Positions 38,363-51,202 of a DNA stretch of 59,340 nt are shown in pieces. Below the pieces are notes generated by a model, which was not told where the DNA came from, ran no database searches, and worked only from the letters and a program-made list of their open reading frames with translations. Position 1 is the stretch's first letter; each line of letters opens with the position of its first letter. The translations under genes and the position numbers were made by a program. The stretch spans positions 85,250 to 144,589 of the forward strand of contig NMRA01000787.1 of NCBI GenBank assembly GCA_002633005.1. Reading direction: 5' to 3'. The stretch comes from Phoronis australis. Lineage: Eukaryota > Animalia > Phoronida.

Positions 38363-38577
38363 ATTGGTCTGAAATGAAAAGACGAAATGTAGTAAATAGC
38401 CGGGTCTAAGAGTTTACTGTAGCTACTTTCAACCGAACACGTATGCTTGCACCTAATAAGAGACAGATTTTAACTTCAAACGGTGATAAATGCCATCGAA
38501 GATCTATCAAGCATTAGCACACACTTGGTTGCCACTGAAGTTTCTAACACTGCAGTCTTTGCTCTCAGTAGTCTTTA

Positions 38578-38730
38578 GCCGGTTGCATGAAACGGTCCCA
38601 ATTAGGGACTCGACTAAGTTCCCTAAATCTTTTGCCTACTTGCATTTTTGTTTACTCACAGATTTAATCTTTTTCTGTCATTTCATCTTTAAGATGATCT
38701 CCTCTTTGACTAAAGACATTTTCTAATAAT
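38578..38730. mobile_element. Partial copy of the MITE at 53978-54307
   Basis: GCCGGTTGCATGAAACGGTCCC...ACTAAGTTCCCTAAATCT matches the terminus; GACATTTTCTAAT matches its interior in reverse. Confidence 0.65.
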
Positions 38731-39493
38731 ATTACTACAAAGCGAGCCCTGGATTCAATGGAAAGAAATAGGGACTTAGTCCTTAGGTTAGATTTTTAGA
38801 ACATACAATGTCTTTCACTGTAGCTCGCCAATACAGAAGTTTTTTCGCCGTTCTCAATGTTGCCACTAGGTCATGTGCTAGCCACCCTGCTGCCCAAACT
38901 TTCAACGCTAACTTGTCATGAGAAACCATCCGGAGTTGACACATGGGGCAACTCCGGACAGTCTGGGCTCAACACAAAACCACAAATCTTTTCAGACTAT
39001 TACATTTTATTGCGCCACGGGATATGACGTCATACCACCTGCCACGCGCAGTGTTAAAAATGGCCAGTTACCAATTTTGGGAACTGAAAAAATTAAGGAA
39101 TGCTTGATAACGGGAGTATTTGTTCGATTTGGAAGGAATTAAAGACATCGACATCCTCCTCTGGTACGGTCCCTCTATGCACAACATATCGTTGATGTTT
39201 AAATAATCGGTGAGGCATAATTCACCGAAAAGCTTGCGGCGTATGAAGCACCTATAGGAGCTAAACCGTCTCTGTTGAGCCACTTAGGGACGGTGGTCAC
39301 TGACCAGACTCTGTAGTATACTATTGGGGATGATCAGAAGCTGAGGATGCCTGTGGTCTAGCCATGCAGACAGCACCACACTACCACCGTCTGAACTGGA
39401 CCAATAACGCGATTGGACTAGGGATTTATGGATTTCAGAACATTTTGAGTCATGTTATTGTCAGTTCTTGACGATAACTATGGATTGACAAAA

Positions 39494-39660
39494 CATGGGC
39501 GCACCATCCATATGGGGGTTGGGGGAGGGGGGGTATAGCCCCACCTTTTTTCAGTGCTACAAAGTACGCCACGCATGGTCTATGAGCGCTGCACCACATG
39601 GGGGCTGTGGGGGGGGGGTTTGCTATAGCCCCCACTTTCTTTAGTGCTGCGCCGCCCATG
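39494..39660. mobile_element. MITE with CATGGGCG/CGCCCATG termini
   Basis: Terminal inverted repeat; internal duplicated GGGG..TATAGCCCC..AGTGCT; flanks CAAAA/TAAAA. Confidence 0.7.
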
Positions 39661-42532
39661 TAAAATACGCAGGAGGACTACTAACTAATAACTAAGGTTG
39701 GTGAACCAAGAAGTGAATGATCTCACTACTCAATCTGGAGAGTGATCACAGTTGGACTTCGGCTAGGGTAGAAATTAGTCATCTGCAAAAAGGTTTTAAA
39801 CCCAAACTAACACTTATTAGCGGTATTAGTTACTTTACAAAGAAAACTGAGGGAAGTGTACTTACCATTAGCGACCACACGTCTGAAGTTTGAGAGTTTC
39901 CTTTTCAAGTATTCGATTCTCTGTAATCTGTGCACTTCGAAATTGGAGGCAAAACTTCATTCAACCAATCAGAGTAAAGTCTCGCGTGTACTCTCACTTC
40001 CCGTCTGTCTGTTCAGTCCACGCTTTGGAAAGCTACCCTTTTGGAACGCAACTGGCAGTATTGCCACTGGTATTAAGCTATTTTACACCTTTTATCTAAT
40101 TTTCATTTTATACAGCTCCTGTCTCCGTTGCATTGATGGTTTCCCTGCTGTTTAGGTTTACGATCTCATGTTTTACTAATGGAACAGTGTTGTTTTGGTG
40201 ACGAGTCAGTTGACTAATCGTTTACAACGTCAATGATTCAGATGGGTATTCTAATCTAATCGACTTTAAACAGTTTCACTGCAGTGAATAGTAATTAATA
40301 ATATTTTTAGTAATTGTTATTCAGTACAAGCTTAGAGACAAATGGCAGTGGTCTGCTAAACCTGACTAAATGCTAAATGGGTAACCAGGCAGTGGTAACA
40401 ATGGGAATGTCTGCCGCTCGCTTCCATTTCTTGTTTTTCTGCTGAGTTTTCTTTTAGATTAAAATGGAACTGTTGATCGTGAATCTTTTTAAAAGTTATG
40501 CTCATTATGTAATCACAATCAAATTTATTCTTAAAATGTTCTTGTATGTATGTTAGGAGCAAATTTTCACTTAACAAGTGATATCAAACACTTCACTGGT
40601 CTCTGCAGTTCTGGGGATTCTAGTTTTCAGAATCCCCTCGTACACATGGAAAAACATGCATTCTTGTATTGTAGAGGTAAAAAATGGCACAATTAAGATT
40701 GATCAACATGTGCATCTTATACAAGAGTGTGTGTCTTTCTGAATGTATGAGACGGCTACTGTGTGCAGAAGCCTGAGTGTTTGATACCACTTACCTGGTA
40801 TGTTCCTTTGTGATTATATAAGCCCATGTAGTAACAATTATGTCTTACTTGGGGGTATTACCAACTGCCATGCTTAACCCTCTAGCATAATAGTTCCTAA
40901 GTCCGAGAACGACACAGTTACCCGATCGTCCATGTTTATACTATTGACTGTGGAGAATTTGATTAGTGCGAAGCGTTGGACAACTTGTGGAATGGTGTAG
41001 GGTGTTGTCACTACTTTAAACGCGGCTATCAAAATCTTACGAAACATGCTGAGGAACAGCGTGTAAGGAAAATGCTGCAAAATCCCTATGCCACTAGTAA
41101 TAAAAACTTGTCAGAATGGACGCGTACAACAAAATAACAGACGTAGAGGAATTGAAAGAATAACACAATCAGATGGAGTGTCAAAAACACAGAGAGACGC
41201 CTTTATATAAAGCGTCAAAGGCGTTGTTACAAGACAAATGGCAAGTCTGGGCAAAACGAATGGCTCCGTGTTACTTTAGAATCAACCACAAACCCTCGAA
41301 GTTAGATATGTATGTCAGAGAATATTTATAAGCTTTTGTTTTTTTTTATTCGTTAATACTAGAAAGGAAACAAGTGGTTGCTCTGCACTTGCGCCTTTAA
41401 AAAAGGGGTTCGTCGAAACTTAAAATACACGAAAAGTTGCAGAAGGGATAATGGATGGTTGCTAATCATCCACTGCCGCGAAAAATTTCTGAAGAATCTA
41501 ACTAAATGCTAAAATTCATAAAATAACAGTAATCCAAGACAAACTTGCAGTCTCCGGATCTTGCTTTTCCGTGACCTATGGCTCCCAGCCGGCAGATAGA
41601 AAAGCACACCAAAAGTGCCTGTCGAGCATGCCCCCGAATTTAGAGCCTTGAATAACCAGGGTTCCACAGAAAATTGCCACTTGTGAGTAATCGAAAGAAC
41701 TAAAATAATCCACTTGAAGGTCTCCTTCATGTCCACCTAGTCCCATCAGGTACGGAAGCAGAGTGCCACTAAATAGCAAGTACGCCAATGTAGTAAGAAT
41801 TACCTCTTACCGTACTATTGTACTAAAGGTGCTCCTAATGGTATGTCCGTTCAGTACAGTGGTCAACAGATGGAGTGTAGCTACTCGCACCAGCAAGTGT
41901 ACTCGGCTGCTGAAGGCCGCTAAATATTTATATTGTGGCCTAATTGGCCGTCACCGGCATATGGGCCGGGAAACCAATGTCTGCAATCTCCAAGATGAAC
42001 AACAATCGATGCCGACTGGGGGGGGCACAGTAGAAGGCTAGCGCAGCAGTGAGACTCGTCAAATACTGTTGTACTACACACAGGAAATGTGGGACCGGCT
42101 AACAACCTCACTATTTTATAGAGTGGAAACCGCGAGTGTTGTAGGAAAATGTTGAACTCCTATATTGTCCGACTTCCCTCACATTTCTAGGTAGAATTCC
42201 TAGTTTTTTAATTGGTTGTCAGATTAAACTCAGCAATTGCAAGTATCACAACCGCGATCTTAAGGAATGACTGAGACTAGTAAGAGTTAGATGATAACCA
42301 AGGGGCCACAGACTGAAAATATTTGTTACTGTTATGAGGTATGTTACTCACTCTGGGGCAGTTAGATGTGAACATTTGAAATTCACAACATTGAATTTAA
42401 CATTTAGCGCTGAGCTTCTCTGTGGACTAGTATGTATGTTAGATTGCTTAGAGTTCTGCAGAGGCAGTCTAGATGCATTTAACTTGTTGACAATGGCATG
42501 TTTTTTTCTGTTTTAGCTTGAATCGGCTAGAA

Positions 42533-45500
42533 ATGGATACACCTAAACAAGACCAACCTGTTAAGCAGCCCACTATGGTTTATATTTGTGGAGGTTTGTA
42601 GCAGATATTACAGGCTTCAGAGAACACTAGAGGGATAACATAAAACGTACAAGTCATGTAGTCATTTTAACCAATACACACTGAGTAATTTAAAGTGTTG
42701 GTGAACTCAATTTCGTCATAAATCATCAAGGTTTGTTGTCACAAAAACAATATTACACACTTAAAAAGTTTTTGCTGTGCAACAGAAAAAGATTATTTTC
42801 TTAGCCATGTTTATGTCATAGTTCATACTTGGTCTTCCATATTTCAGACTGCCATCAAGAAAATGAAATAAAAGCCAGGGATCCCATACGGTGTCGAGAG
42901 TGCGGGTACCGAATTATGTACAAGAAAAGAACAAAGAGGAGTATCCTTTTCAACAATTCAAAAGCCTTGTTTTAATATTAGTACAGGCCCAGAAATCAGT
43001 TTATCATTATATCTAGGTTCTCATTCATTTCCTTGGTCCATCCATAACTTCGCCGAGCATAAAATAGTTCTTGTGCAACACTCTATTGTTCGCCAGTAAA
43101 GCAAGGAGTCGAACTGAAATCAGAATCTGAAGCTCCAACCACTGAGCTCTGGTCGAATAGATACATAAAGCTAAGAACTTTGCTCTGGGTGGTAGTCAGG
43201 TAGCGAGGACGTCGGGCTCATTGTGCCAGTGCTTTTGAGTGTTCCAAAAAATATTTAATTCTGAGAATTGAATTGAAAAATGCTTGGCTAATTATCAAAC
43301 GGTTAAAGGCGAAGGCAACCTTTCTTCATGTCATTTTTAGCAAGAATAAGGTTCGTTGATTATCCCAGACATATTTTTCTCTTATTTACTGCTTTTCGTA
43401 ATTTAATTAATTACTCGTCATCTACTCCGGAAGTGACGTTTTGGGAGACAAGAATTTTGCGCCAATTTCTTTTCATATAGTCTGACTGTGAGAGCAGTCG
43501 AGTCGGTCATTGTTCTACCTCGGTTGTGATAAGTTCGGTCGTCGTTTGCTTTTGCTTACGAGTCAGACAACATGCTATGCTGTTGCCGGCACTGGGGTGT
43601 ACTCATCGTCTCATGTACAAAGGAAGAACTGTCCCACTTGCCCGAGTGTCCAGCGACACACTCCCACTGGAGGGTGATCTGAGCACCCAAACTGCTTACA
43701 TCCCACTGTGTGACTCCCTCGCCACACACCTGGCACCTTCCAAATAGCTCCAATACAAGTCCACAACAAAGTTATCAAACTTAGGCTCACCGATCTGTTC
43801 ATTAGATGACGAACTGTCCTCTTCACTGAGTGATGTCGAACTGGGCCTGTATTCACTCCCACTACATCGCTGCAGGGCTGCTTACAGGCTCTGGGCTAGA
43901 GACATCAGCACAGGGCGAATCAGTGCTAGTTCCCGGAATTGCATGCAATGAGGTACGTTCGGAGGCATGGGTGACAGTAGATGAAGTGCCTCCAGTCACT
44001 GTATATCGTGGCCACAGCTCGCGAGGCTTCTCGCTTCAACAATGCACTTCTCGGGGTTGGCGACAGGGCACTGCCGGGAATCAACAGCGAAGGTATGGTA
44101 CCCTTCTTCAGGCGTTGTTTCGCAGGGACCTTCATCAATTCAGCGTACATATCTGTCATAATCTGACGGCAGAAAATGCTTGCCACACACTCGGTAACCC
44201 TCCACTGCTTCGTAAGTTGTGTGGACGGGTAGCGCTGCGTTCTTCACATGAATGAGCTAGCCAAGTACGGCGAAGTGTGTCATCCTACGGAAAGCGACGC
44301 AAGGTAGGCCTACCCAAAGCGCGAGTGAGACGATAATGAGTACATCCCGTCACGCAGCAACAGCGTGGCATGTTGACTAACTTGTAAACAAAACTTTAGC
44401 AAACGACGACCGAACTTATCACAACTGAGGTAGAACAATGACTGACTCGACAGCTCTCACAGTCAGACTATAATGAAAAGAAATTGGCGCGAAACTCTTG
44501 CCTCCCAAAACGTCACTTCCGGAGTAGAGGACAAGACATTAATCAAATTACGAAAAGCTGTAATTAAGTGAAAAATGTGTCTGGGATAATCAACGAACCT
44601 TATTTTTGCTAAAAGTGACGTGAAAAAAGGTAGCCTTCGCCTTTAAAGCTTCTGTTAACCCATCTTCCATCTCAAAAATCTTTCATTTAGACCGCTGACA
44701 GCAATGAAATTGGTCTTTTGTTCTTTAGACAAAATGGAAGCGCATGTGGTTTTGAAAAACTATGACTACAGGAAAATCATGATAGACAACACAGTTTGTG
44801 ACAGTATGGCATAAAAACTGTTGTGTTTTCTGTCTAGTTTGCATGCGTTTTTGCCACATTTTCTGTTCAGTGTCATCTGCATGACTAAGCTTCATACAAA
44901 CGTGAAACTTACCGTTCATTTATAGCCAGCAGTCGCATTGTGGCCACATATGCATTGCTTATTGAATAGTGTAATCAAGGTCATCCAGGCTGGGTGCACT
45001 TGTCCACATGCAGACCTGTGTACCATATGCAAAAAATGCGGATTTGTATGGAAATCAAGCCTTCAGTACGCACGGCCAGGCAAAAATACGCAAATTCAGC
45101 AAATTCAAATTAAAGAGATCATTATTAATTGGCTTGTTTCTCAATAAATATGCCAATTTGTAGTCTAAACGGATGAGGAAGAAGATTTTGAAGTTAGAAA
45201 TTAAAAAAATATTGTAAAATCATTATTTTAGTCAAAAAGTTGAGCTACAAACTCAGAAAACTTGCTTCGTTTCAGTCTCGAAATAGCCTGATAATTGGCG
45301 AATCGCGAGGCCTCTTCTACCAGTATGTGTGTGTCACAGGCCTAACCGAGAAGCAACGACTTTTGTGATTTGTGGATTGCTTACTTCGTCTAATTCCGGC
45401 TATTTACAGCTGAATACGTATTGTTGACAAAATGGCAAAGCATGTGGTCGCATATTCCGTGCTGTGACGAAAGTAGCTTCTGAAAGAAGTGAACATCTTT

Positions 45501-46136
45501 TTTTGCCGCGTTATTCCAAAGAATTGCAATGTCTTTTTCAAGGGACCGAGGAATTTATACTGCAAGTAGTAATGCGTGTTGTTTTTTTGTGGACATGGTG
45601 ACTGCACTGACGTAGCATGTTGAGCTGACAATAATACTCGAGGCAGTTGAGCCTCGAGGTCTTTTCGCATGCAGTACGGTGGTACGTGTTCACAGACACT
45701 TGCAATGAATAATTGTTCAAAACTTTTGTGATTGGTTTAGAAAATATCGTCTGGTGCGAAACATTGTCCTGTGCAAATTCATCAACACATTTTTTTTTGG
45801 GGGGGGGCAATAGGTCATTTGAGAAACCAAAAGTCTGACAAAACAAGACAAAAGTCCACTAAAGAGGCAAGTATTTTTTTAGTTAGTGAAAGGTCCACTG
45901 TGAAAAATTCAACCCCCATCCATATTTTAGGGTAAATTTGGTCTCTACACGAAAATCTGCAAATTTACTGCAAAATCTGCAAATCTGGTGTTCAGAGTAC
46001 TCCAATGGAGTTTTGGTGGTACACAGGTCTGCATATGGAATACGTTTACATATATTTCCTAATGGTCCTGTAAATGTGTTCTTCTCTGTGTGCAATCCTT
46101 AACTAGTTTCCAGTGGTCGTATTTGATGCCCGGTAG
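42533..46136 (+). CDS. POLR2K: RNA polymerases I/II/III shared subunit RPABC4 (Rpb12), 58 aa
   Basis: Exons 42533-42593, 42848-42940, 46114-46136 give [58 protein letters not shown]. Confidence 0.97.
43307..44642 (-). mobile_element. Non-autonomous Kolobok derivative (same family as 20814-22490) with two left ends
   Basis: TTAA at 43303-43306 and 44643-44646; AGGCGAAGGC termini; ~250-300 bp inverted ends; frameshifted THAP and LFGRCQVC...[14 protein letters not shown] remnants on the minus strand. Confidence 0.85.
45004..46038. mobile_element. Non-autonomous TIR element (~1.0 kb)
   Basis: 22-bp inverted repeat CCACATGCAGACCTGTGTACCA / TGGTACACAGGTCTGCATATGG (1 mismatch); no clear TSD; no coding capacity. 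Confidence 0.6.
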
Positions 46137-46248
46137 CTGAGACGGACCAGAAACCATGAAGAGGATTGTTCATTCATTCATTTTTTACTGACATCTAGTG
46201 TAGTCTTCTGTCATTTTAAAGCTCCATCTTTCCACCACAAAGTCATGT

Positions 46249-46254
46249 AATAAA
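46249..46254 (+). terminator. Probable POLR2K polyadenylation signal
   Basis: AATAAA ~110 nt after the stop codon, followed by a GT/T-rich tract. Confidence 0.6.
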
Positions 46255-46287
46255 GCAACCTGTTTTGTTATTTGTATGTAATTTCAT

Positions 46288-46800
46288 TATGCGCTCACAT
46301 TCATACATTCATGTGGGTGCATATTGCCCTCATCTCTCTCTGGATGTCCAACATATGCTGCCTCCTAAACCTCTTGCAGAATCATTGGCAGATGTGTACT
46401 ATAGAGCTCAAAACTGACAGCTGTGCCCCCTAGTGGCTATTTTACTTTTCTAGGTTTGCCTCAGTCTCTTCTTTGACAAATTTTCATGGAGTTTTGGCTG
46501 ATAGGTTTCTGTTGACGTGACTCTCCAAATGTCAGATATCTGATATATTCTTGTCACTCAATGGTCATTTTAAATATTTTTGAGGTCTTTTAAGTCCAAC
46601 TCTATATTCGCCAAACCACTGACATATTCTATTGTGGAAAGGATGACATTTTTATGCGTCCACATATTCATATGTGGACGCATTATGCCGTCATCTCCAT
46701 CCGTCCGCCCGGCCTCAGCGGCATTATCTCCAAAACGCCTTGACCTATGTTCATGAAATTTTGCACCACGTGTTCCTTCCGTTGATGGGACGGCATAGAC
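46288..46800 (+). repeat. Two Helentron/DINE-1-like element starts
   Basis: TTTTATGCG.CCACAT start, perfect 14-bp hairpin ATGCGTCCACATAT-TC-ATATGTGGACGCAT (46654-46683), then CCATCCGTCCGCCC microsatellite and TTCATGAAATTTTG. Confidence 0.65.
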
Positions 46801-47963
46801 TTTATTCACGCAGCGGACATTAAACTCCAAAGCGAGGCTCACTGCGATAAACAAAGCGAAAGTAGACATTGCGTGAGTTAAATAGCCGGTCTTTCGAGTC
46901 CAACCTGGATATTGAATTTTTATGATGTGTCGACAATTAACCACAGAGATGTAGAAAATTACAAGAGAACAAGTTAAGGCGCCAAAGAGTTGTCTGACGA
47001 AAGGGTTTTATTTTTTTCGGAAAACTAGGTTCGAAATATGAAAAGTAAATATGACCAAATTGCGACGATCGTAGTGTTACGGATTAGGTATTATGCTGAA
47101 TGCAGGGTTACGTTTTTTCTTGTAAATTGTTGATCAAAATACTTTCTACGCGGACCAGGTCATCTGCTCGTATTGTTGACGAGTTGAAGACATATTCGAC
47201 AGTGGTGGCTGTCATGTGCAATTAGTCACATCTGGTTTAATTTGTTGATCAAGAATATTAACATCAAGCATAGCCTGATCCTATGCACTCACTGGGAATA
47301 ACAGTTGATTTGTCATTGATCTGAAAGAATAATTGATGTTATTAAATATATTTTTTATTAAAATAATAAACCAGGCTCGTAATTGAAAATAAAAATTATT
47401 TGACCATCAGTTCTTCTTTCTTGGTTGTAATAATTCTTACGTCTATTTCATGTGTTAGATTTCAAATATCAATCTGGACCAAGTTGAATTTTAAAATTAA
47501 AACATCTAATTCGTTCTTCCAAAACATAACCTCGTTTTCGAACTCAATTTCAGTTAACTGGATAATGCAATCATAGTTATCATGTTTCTGCAGGAACCTC
47601 GTTCATTCGAGGGGAAAGGTGCCAGTGCCTACTGAGAGGCGATTTTTTCGCCGAGTGAGGGTGGGAACAATCTACCTCCCGATCACCATCAATAGCATCC
47701 CCGCCCTGTTGCAAGCTCTCATAGGCTCTGTCTTAATTTAAAGTAGCCTTTTGTGCTCTTAAAAATTGTCACCTGTGTGGTTAAAGATGATTTGAACTCA
47801 GAGAGATTTTTCACTAGGGGAATTTTTATGCCTCGTGGGGGGAATTTCGTGTGATATTTCAATATTTTTGAGAGGGGAATAGGGCCGATATTGGGCCCCA
47901 AATTTGAGGGATTGAGGGCCCTGTTCTTTTTGGAAAGAAAAATTATAATGTTTCAACCCGTAG

Positions 47964-48190
47964 CAGGGTCGGATCCATGATTTTGAGTTAGGGGGGCAGG
48001 GCACAGGAATAAGCTGCATTTCGGCAGATGCACGAGCCCGGCCTAAAATCTGGGGATGCAAAGGTCTTGAATTCTTGGGTTTGCGGACCTGTTAACTAAA
48101 AAAAAAACCGGTAAACGGGGTTCATTCAGCGCCTATGCGTTATTTATTCACCCCCCAAGACCCCTGGTTGCGGCACGTGTGCTAGTCAGC
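47964..48190 (+). mobile_element. Second copy of the 11284 MITE family
   Basis: CAGGGTCGGATCCATGATTTTGAGTT...GGGCACAGGAATAA...GCTAGTCAGC is colinear with 11284-11510. Confidence 0.8.
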
Positions 48191-48589
48191 AATTCGCATC
48201 CGAAATCAAAAATGGGATCTGATACAATTTTAGGGGGGCATGCCCCCCCCAACTCTGATGAAAATACAGCCTGGCTGGCCCATTCTCCGGTCGTTACTAT
48301 GATGCTCTTGACAACTGACCGAGATGCGACAACATATGATCTAACTTTTCGAAAACATTTGTTTTACACAGACATATTTGGCTTCGTCGCGGCGTATGGC
48401 AACGACCCAACGTTTCCGAATCTCAAAGTCTTTAGAGATTGTAAAGCAGACGGTTGCGTGTCCGTATTTTTTCTAGCCGTTTGCGGAACAACACGGACTG
48501 AAACTCAGCCTCCTATGCCGATAAGCTAACAGAGCTATCGTAGCGAGCCTCGTTTTGGAACGCGCCTCCTGTCGGCGTGAATAGGGTCT

Positions 48590-49680
48590 ATGAGCGAGCT
48601 TTCGAAGGGATCCGACTACCTGTGTGCCCCCTAGTGGCAATTTTATTTTTTTACGTTTACCTCTGTATCTTCAAAAGTCGTGAACGGATTTTCATAAAAT
48701 TGGTATATAGGCACCTATTAGTGAGATGACACTGTCGTGGGTTCAACGTAGTTTGCGCCACCTAATGGCCTATTTTACTGTTTTCGAGTCTGTTTTTTGC
48801 GTCCACCCCTCTATCAACCAAACCGCTTAAAGAATGATTGTGAAAATTGGCAGTTTTGTTTTTTTGCACTTATGGCTGCATCTCTTAAACCGTTTGAGGG
48901 ATCATTACTAAATTTAGGAAGTGTATTTATATGACGTTGACAACAAATGACGACGACTTTCGGACGGATCTGACTACCGGTGTGCCCCATANACGGATTT
49001 TCATAAAATTGGTATATAGGCACCTATTAGTGAGATGACACTGTCGTGGGTTCAACGTAGTTTGCGCCACCTAATGGCCTATTTTACTGTTATCGAGTCT
49101 GTTTTTTGCGTCCACCCCTCTATCAACCAAACCGCTTAAAGAATGATTGTGAAAATTGGCAGTTTTGTTTTTTTGCACTTATGGCTGTATCTCTTAAACC
49201 GTTTGAGGGATCATTACTAAATTTAGGAAGTGTATTTATATGACGTTGACAACAAATGACGACGACTTTCGGACGGATCTGACTACCGGTGTGCCCCATA
49301 GTGGCAATTTTAGTTTGTTACGTTTACCTCTGTATCTTCAAAAGTCTTCAACGGATTTTTTTTCATAAAATTCGATATGTAGGCACGTATTAGTGAGATG
49401 ACCTTGTTCTCCCATTATCAGATGGATGCGACATAGATTGCACCACCTAGTGGCCATTTTTACTGTTTTCGAGTCTGTTGTTTTGCATCCACCCCTCTAT
49501 CAACCAAACCGCTGGAAGAATGGTTATGAAAATTGGCATCTGCGTTCATACTGTGCCCCACTTAAGAGACAATTTCCTTTGTTTTTCTGAAGTTTCTTGA
49601 CACATTTTTATGAAATATGGCATGTTTCAGTTTTTTGATGAATTGTAAGTTTTTGCGCCATCTACTGGCCATTTTTATGA
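48590..49680 (+). repeat. Tandem subunit array of the Helentron/DINE-like family (includes a probable 308-bp assembly duplication)
   Basis: Repeated GATCYGACTACC.GTGTGCCCC.TAGTGGCAATTTT and GCGCCACCTARTGGCC units. Confidence 0.7.
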
Positions 49681-49684
49681 GGGT

Positions 49685-50700
49685 TTGCAATCAGCAAGTG
49701 ATGGTGTGGCCGACTGGACAGAAGACAACAAGATGTCCATCCAACCAGATAAAGGGGAATGGATGTTAGCCTCACGAGATTATTTCAACCCAAACATGTT
49801 CACCCTGGGATATAAGGGAGCCTTGGTACCTCAAGTCGTTGAAGTTACTTATCTAGGAATTAAGATGGATCGAAGAATGACGATGAACTCCCATGTCGAA
49901 TTCCTAGCTGAGAATGGTGCCAAGAGCCTGACACTGTTGAGATATGCAGCAGCCCAGCAGATCCAACAAAAGAGCCTGGTGCAGCTCATGAATGCAACTG
50001 TCGGCGCAAGAACTCAGTATGGGCTTCATCTGTGCCTATGTGCCTCCCAACAGTCAATGACCAAACTACAGAGGACTCAAAACCAGGCCATGAGGATAGT
50101 AACCAGTGCAGCTAGACCCACTCGGGTAGACAGTCTCCAATACTGGTTAGGTATCAATAGCATCCGTACTAAACAGAAGACACCAGGAGCCCAAGCATTT
50201 CTAAAGGCAGCTACAACCAGCTCTCATCCTCTGTATCTGGACTCGAGAGAGCATATAGTGATGAGCACACTGCACAGAGGCTGAAAACTGTTCACTCATG
50301 GGTTATCGGAGCTAGAGAGCTTGTCGAAGAGGTATGTCCAGTGGAGAACATCAACAGCATAGAGTGGTCCAAAGCCACAAACTTTGTCATCAACACCATG
50401 GAGATTGGAGGCAATCATTGGCGGGAAAGAGCTGACTGTATCAACCAAGCAACTGTATTGGAATGGCTTGAAGAACAATCTCCCACAATCATTGTTGCAA
50501 CGGACGGCTCACTAAAAGATGACACTATGGCTTTGGCAGCAGTTGCTAATGGGTCAACGCCTCTTCGAATGGTCAACAGCACGGGTTGGAAAACCCTCTT
50601 CTTTTAGAGCTGTATGTGAAGCATATGAAGACGCCCTAGTCTGGTTCTCACAGAACACAACACCTGCAGGCAGATCATTTCTACTAACACAGCTTTAATA
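49685..50700 (+). mobile_element. Non-LTR retrotransposon fragment (RT C-terminus + RNase H start), frameshifted
   Basis: W...NKMSIQPDK, YLGIKMDRRMTMNSHV, LQRTQNQAMRIVT, HPL; then IVATDGS (RNase H-like), as in RNase H-bearing I-group LINEs. Confidence 0.85.
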
Positions 50701-51092
50701 ACCAGCAAGATGTTCAAAATGATTGCCAACGAAATTACCATGCCCCTGACCAATCTGTTTAAGGTAGGTGGATACACAAATGTTGACTGTTTTTTACATT
50801 TTCATATCATCCTTATCTTTAATTCTTGATGCACAGTATACTGAAGAAAAATAAAATCATTCTGAAAATCCAAAGTTGTTTTTTTAGCTATATTTGACCA
50901 AGCCTCAGTAAGTCATATGGCTTGAGTGCTCACCAGCTCAGTGATTGACAACTGGGGCGGAGCTTATATACAAGGACACTAGCTCTAATCTAACCCTGTC
51001 AACAAGCATTGCGTAACCGGGCAATCGAGAGTGATGTACCAGCTGATATTGGTGTTGTAGCAAGACCAAGAATAAAACAATTCTATTTTTGA

Positions 51093-51202
51093 NNNNNNNN
51101 NNNNNNNNNNNNNNNNNNNNNNNNNNNNNNNNNNNNNNNNNNNNNNNNNNNNNNNNNNNNNNNNNNNNNNNNNNNNNNNNNNNNNNNNNNNNNNNNNNNN
51201 NN
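51093..51202. other. Assembly gap (110 N)
   Basis: Run of N. Confidence 1.

Larger units (their letters stand above)
42941..46113 (+). other. U12-type (minor spliceosome) GT-AG intron
   Basis: 5' site GTATCCTTT; branch site TCCTTAAC at 46096-46103, ending 10 nt before the exon; no long pyrimidine tract. Confidence 0.93.

Noticed and set aside
38655-38720. ATG and GTGAGT donor upstream of the Emi gene as a coding exon 1
   Set aside because: In-frame stop after 13 codons, and the sequence belongs to a MITE copy.
40870-42110. Possible decayed tyrosine-recombinase or other TE coding relic
   Set aside because: No catalytic motif could be read with confidence; needs a translated HMM search.
48684-49300. 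Near-perfect 308-bp tandem duplication
   Set aside because: The copies differ at only ~2 bases and are separated by a single N (48992): typical unmerged contig or haplotype overlap.
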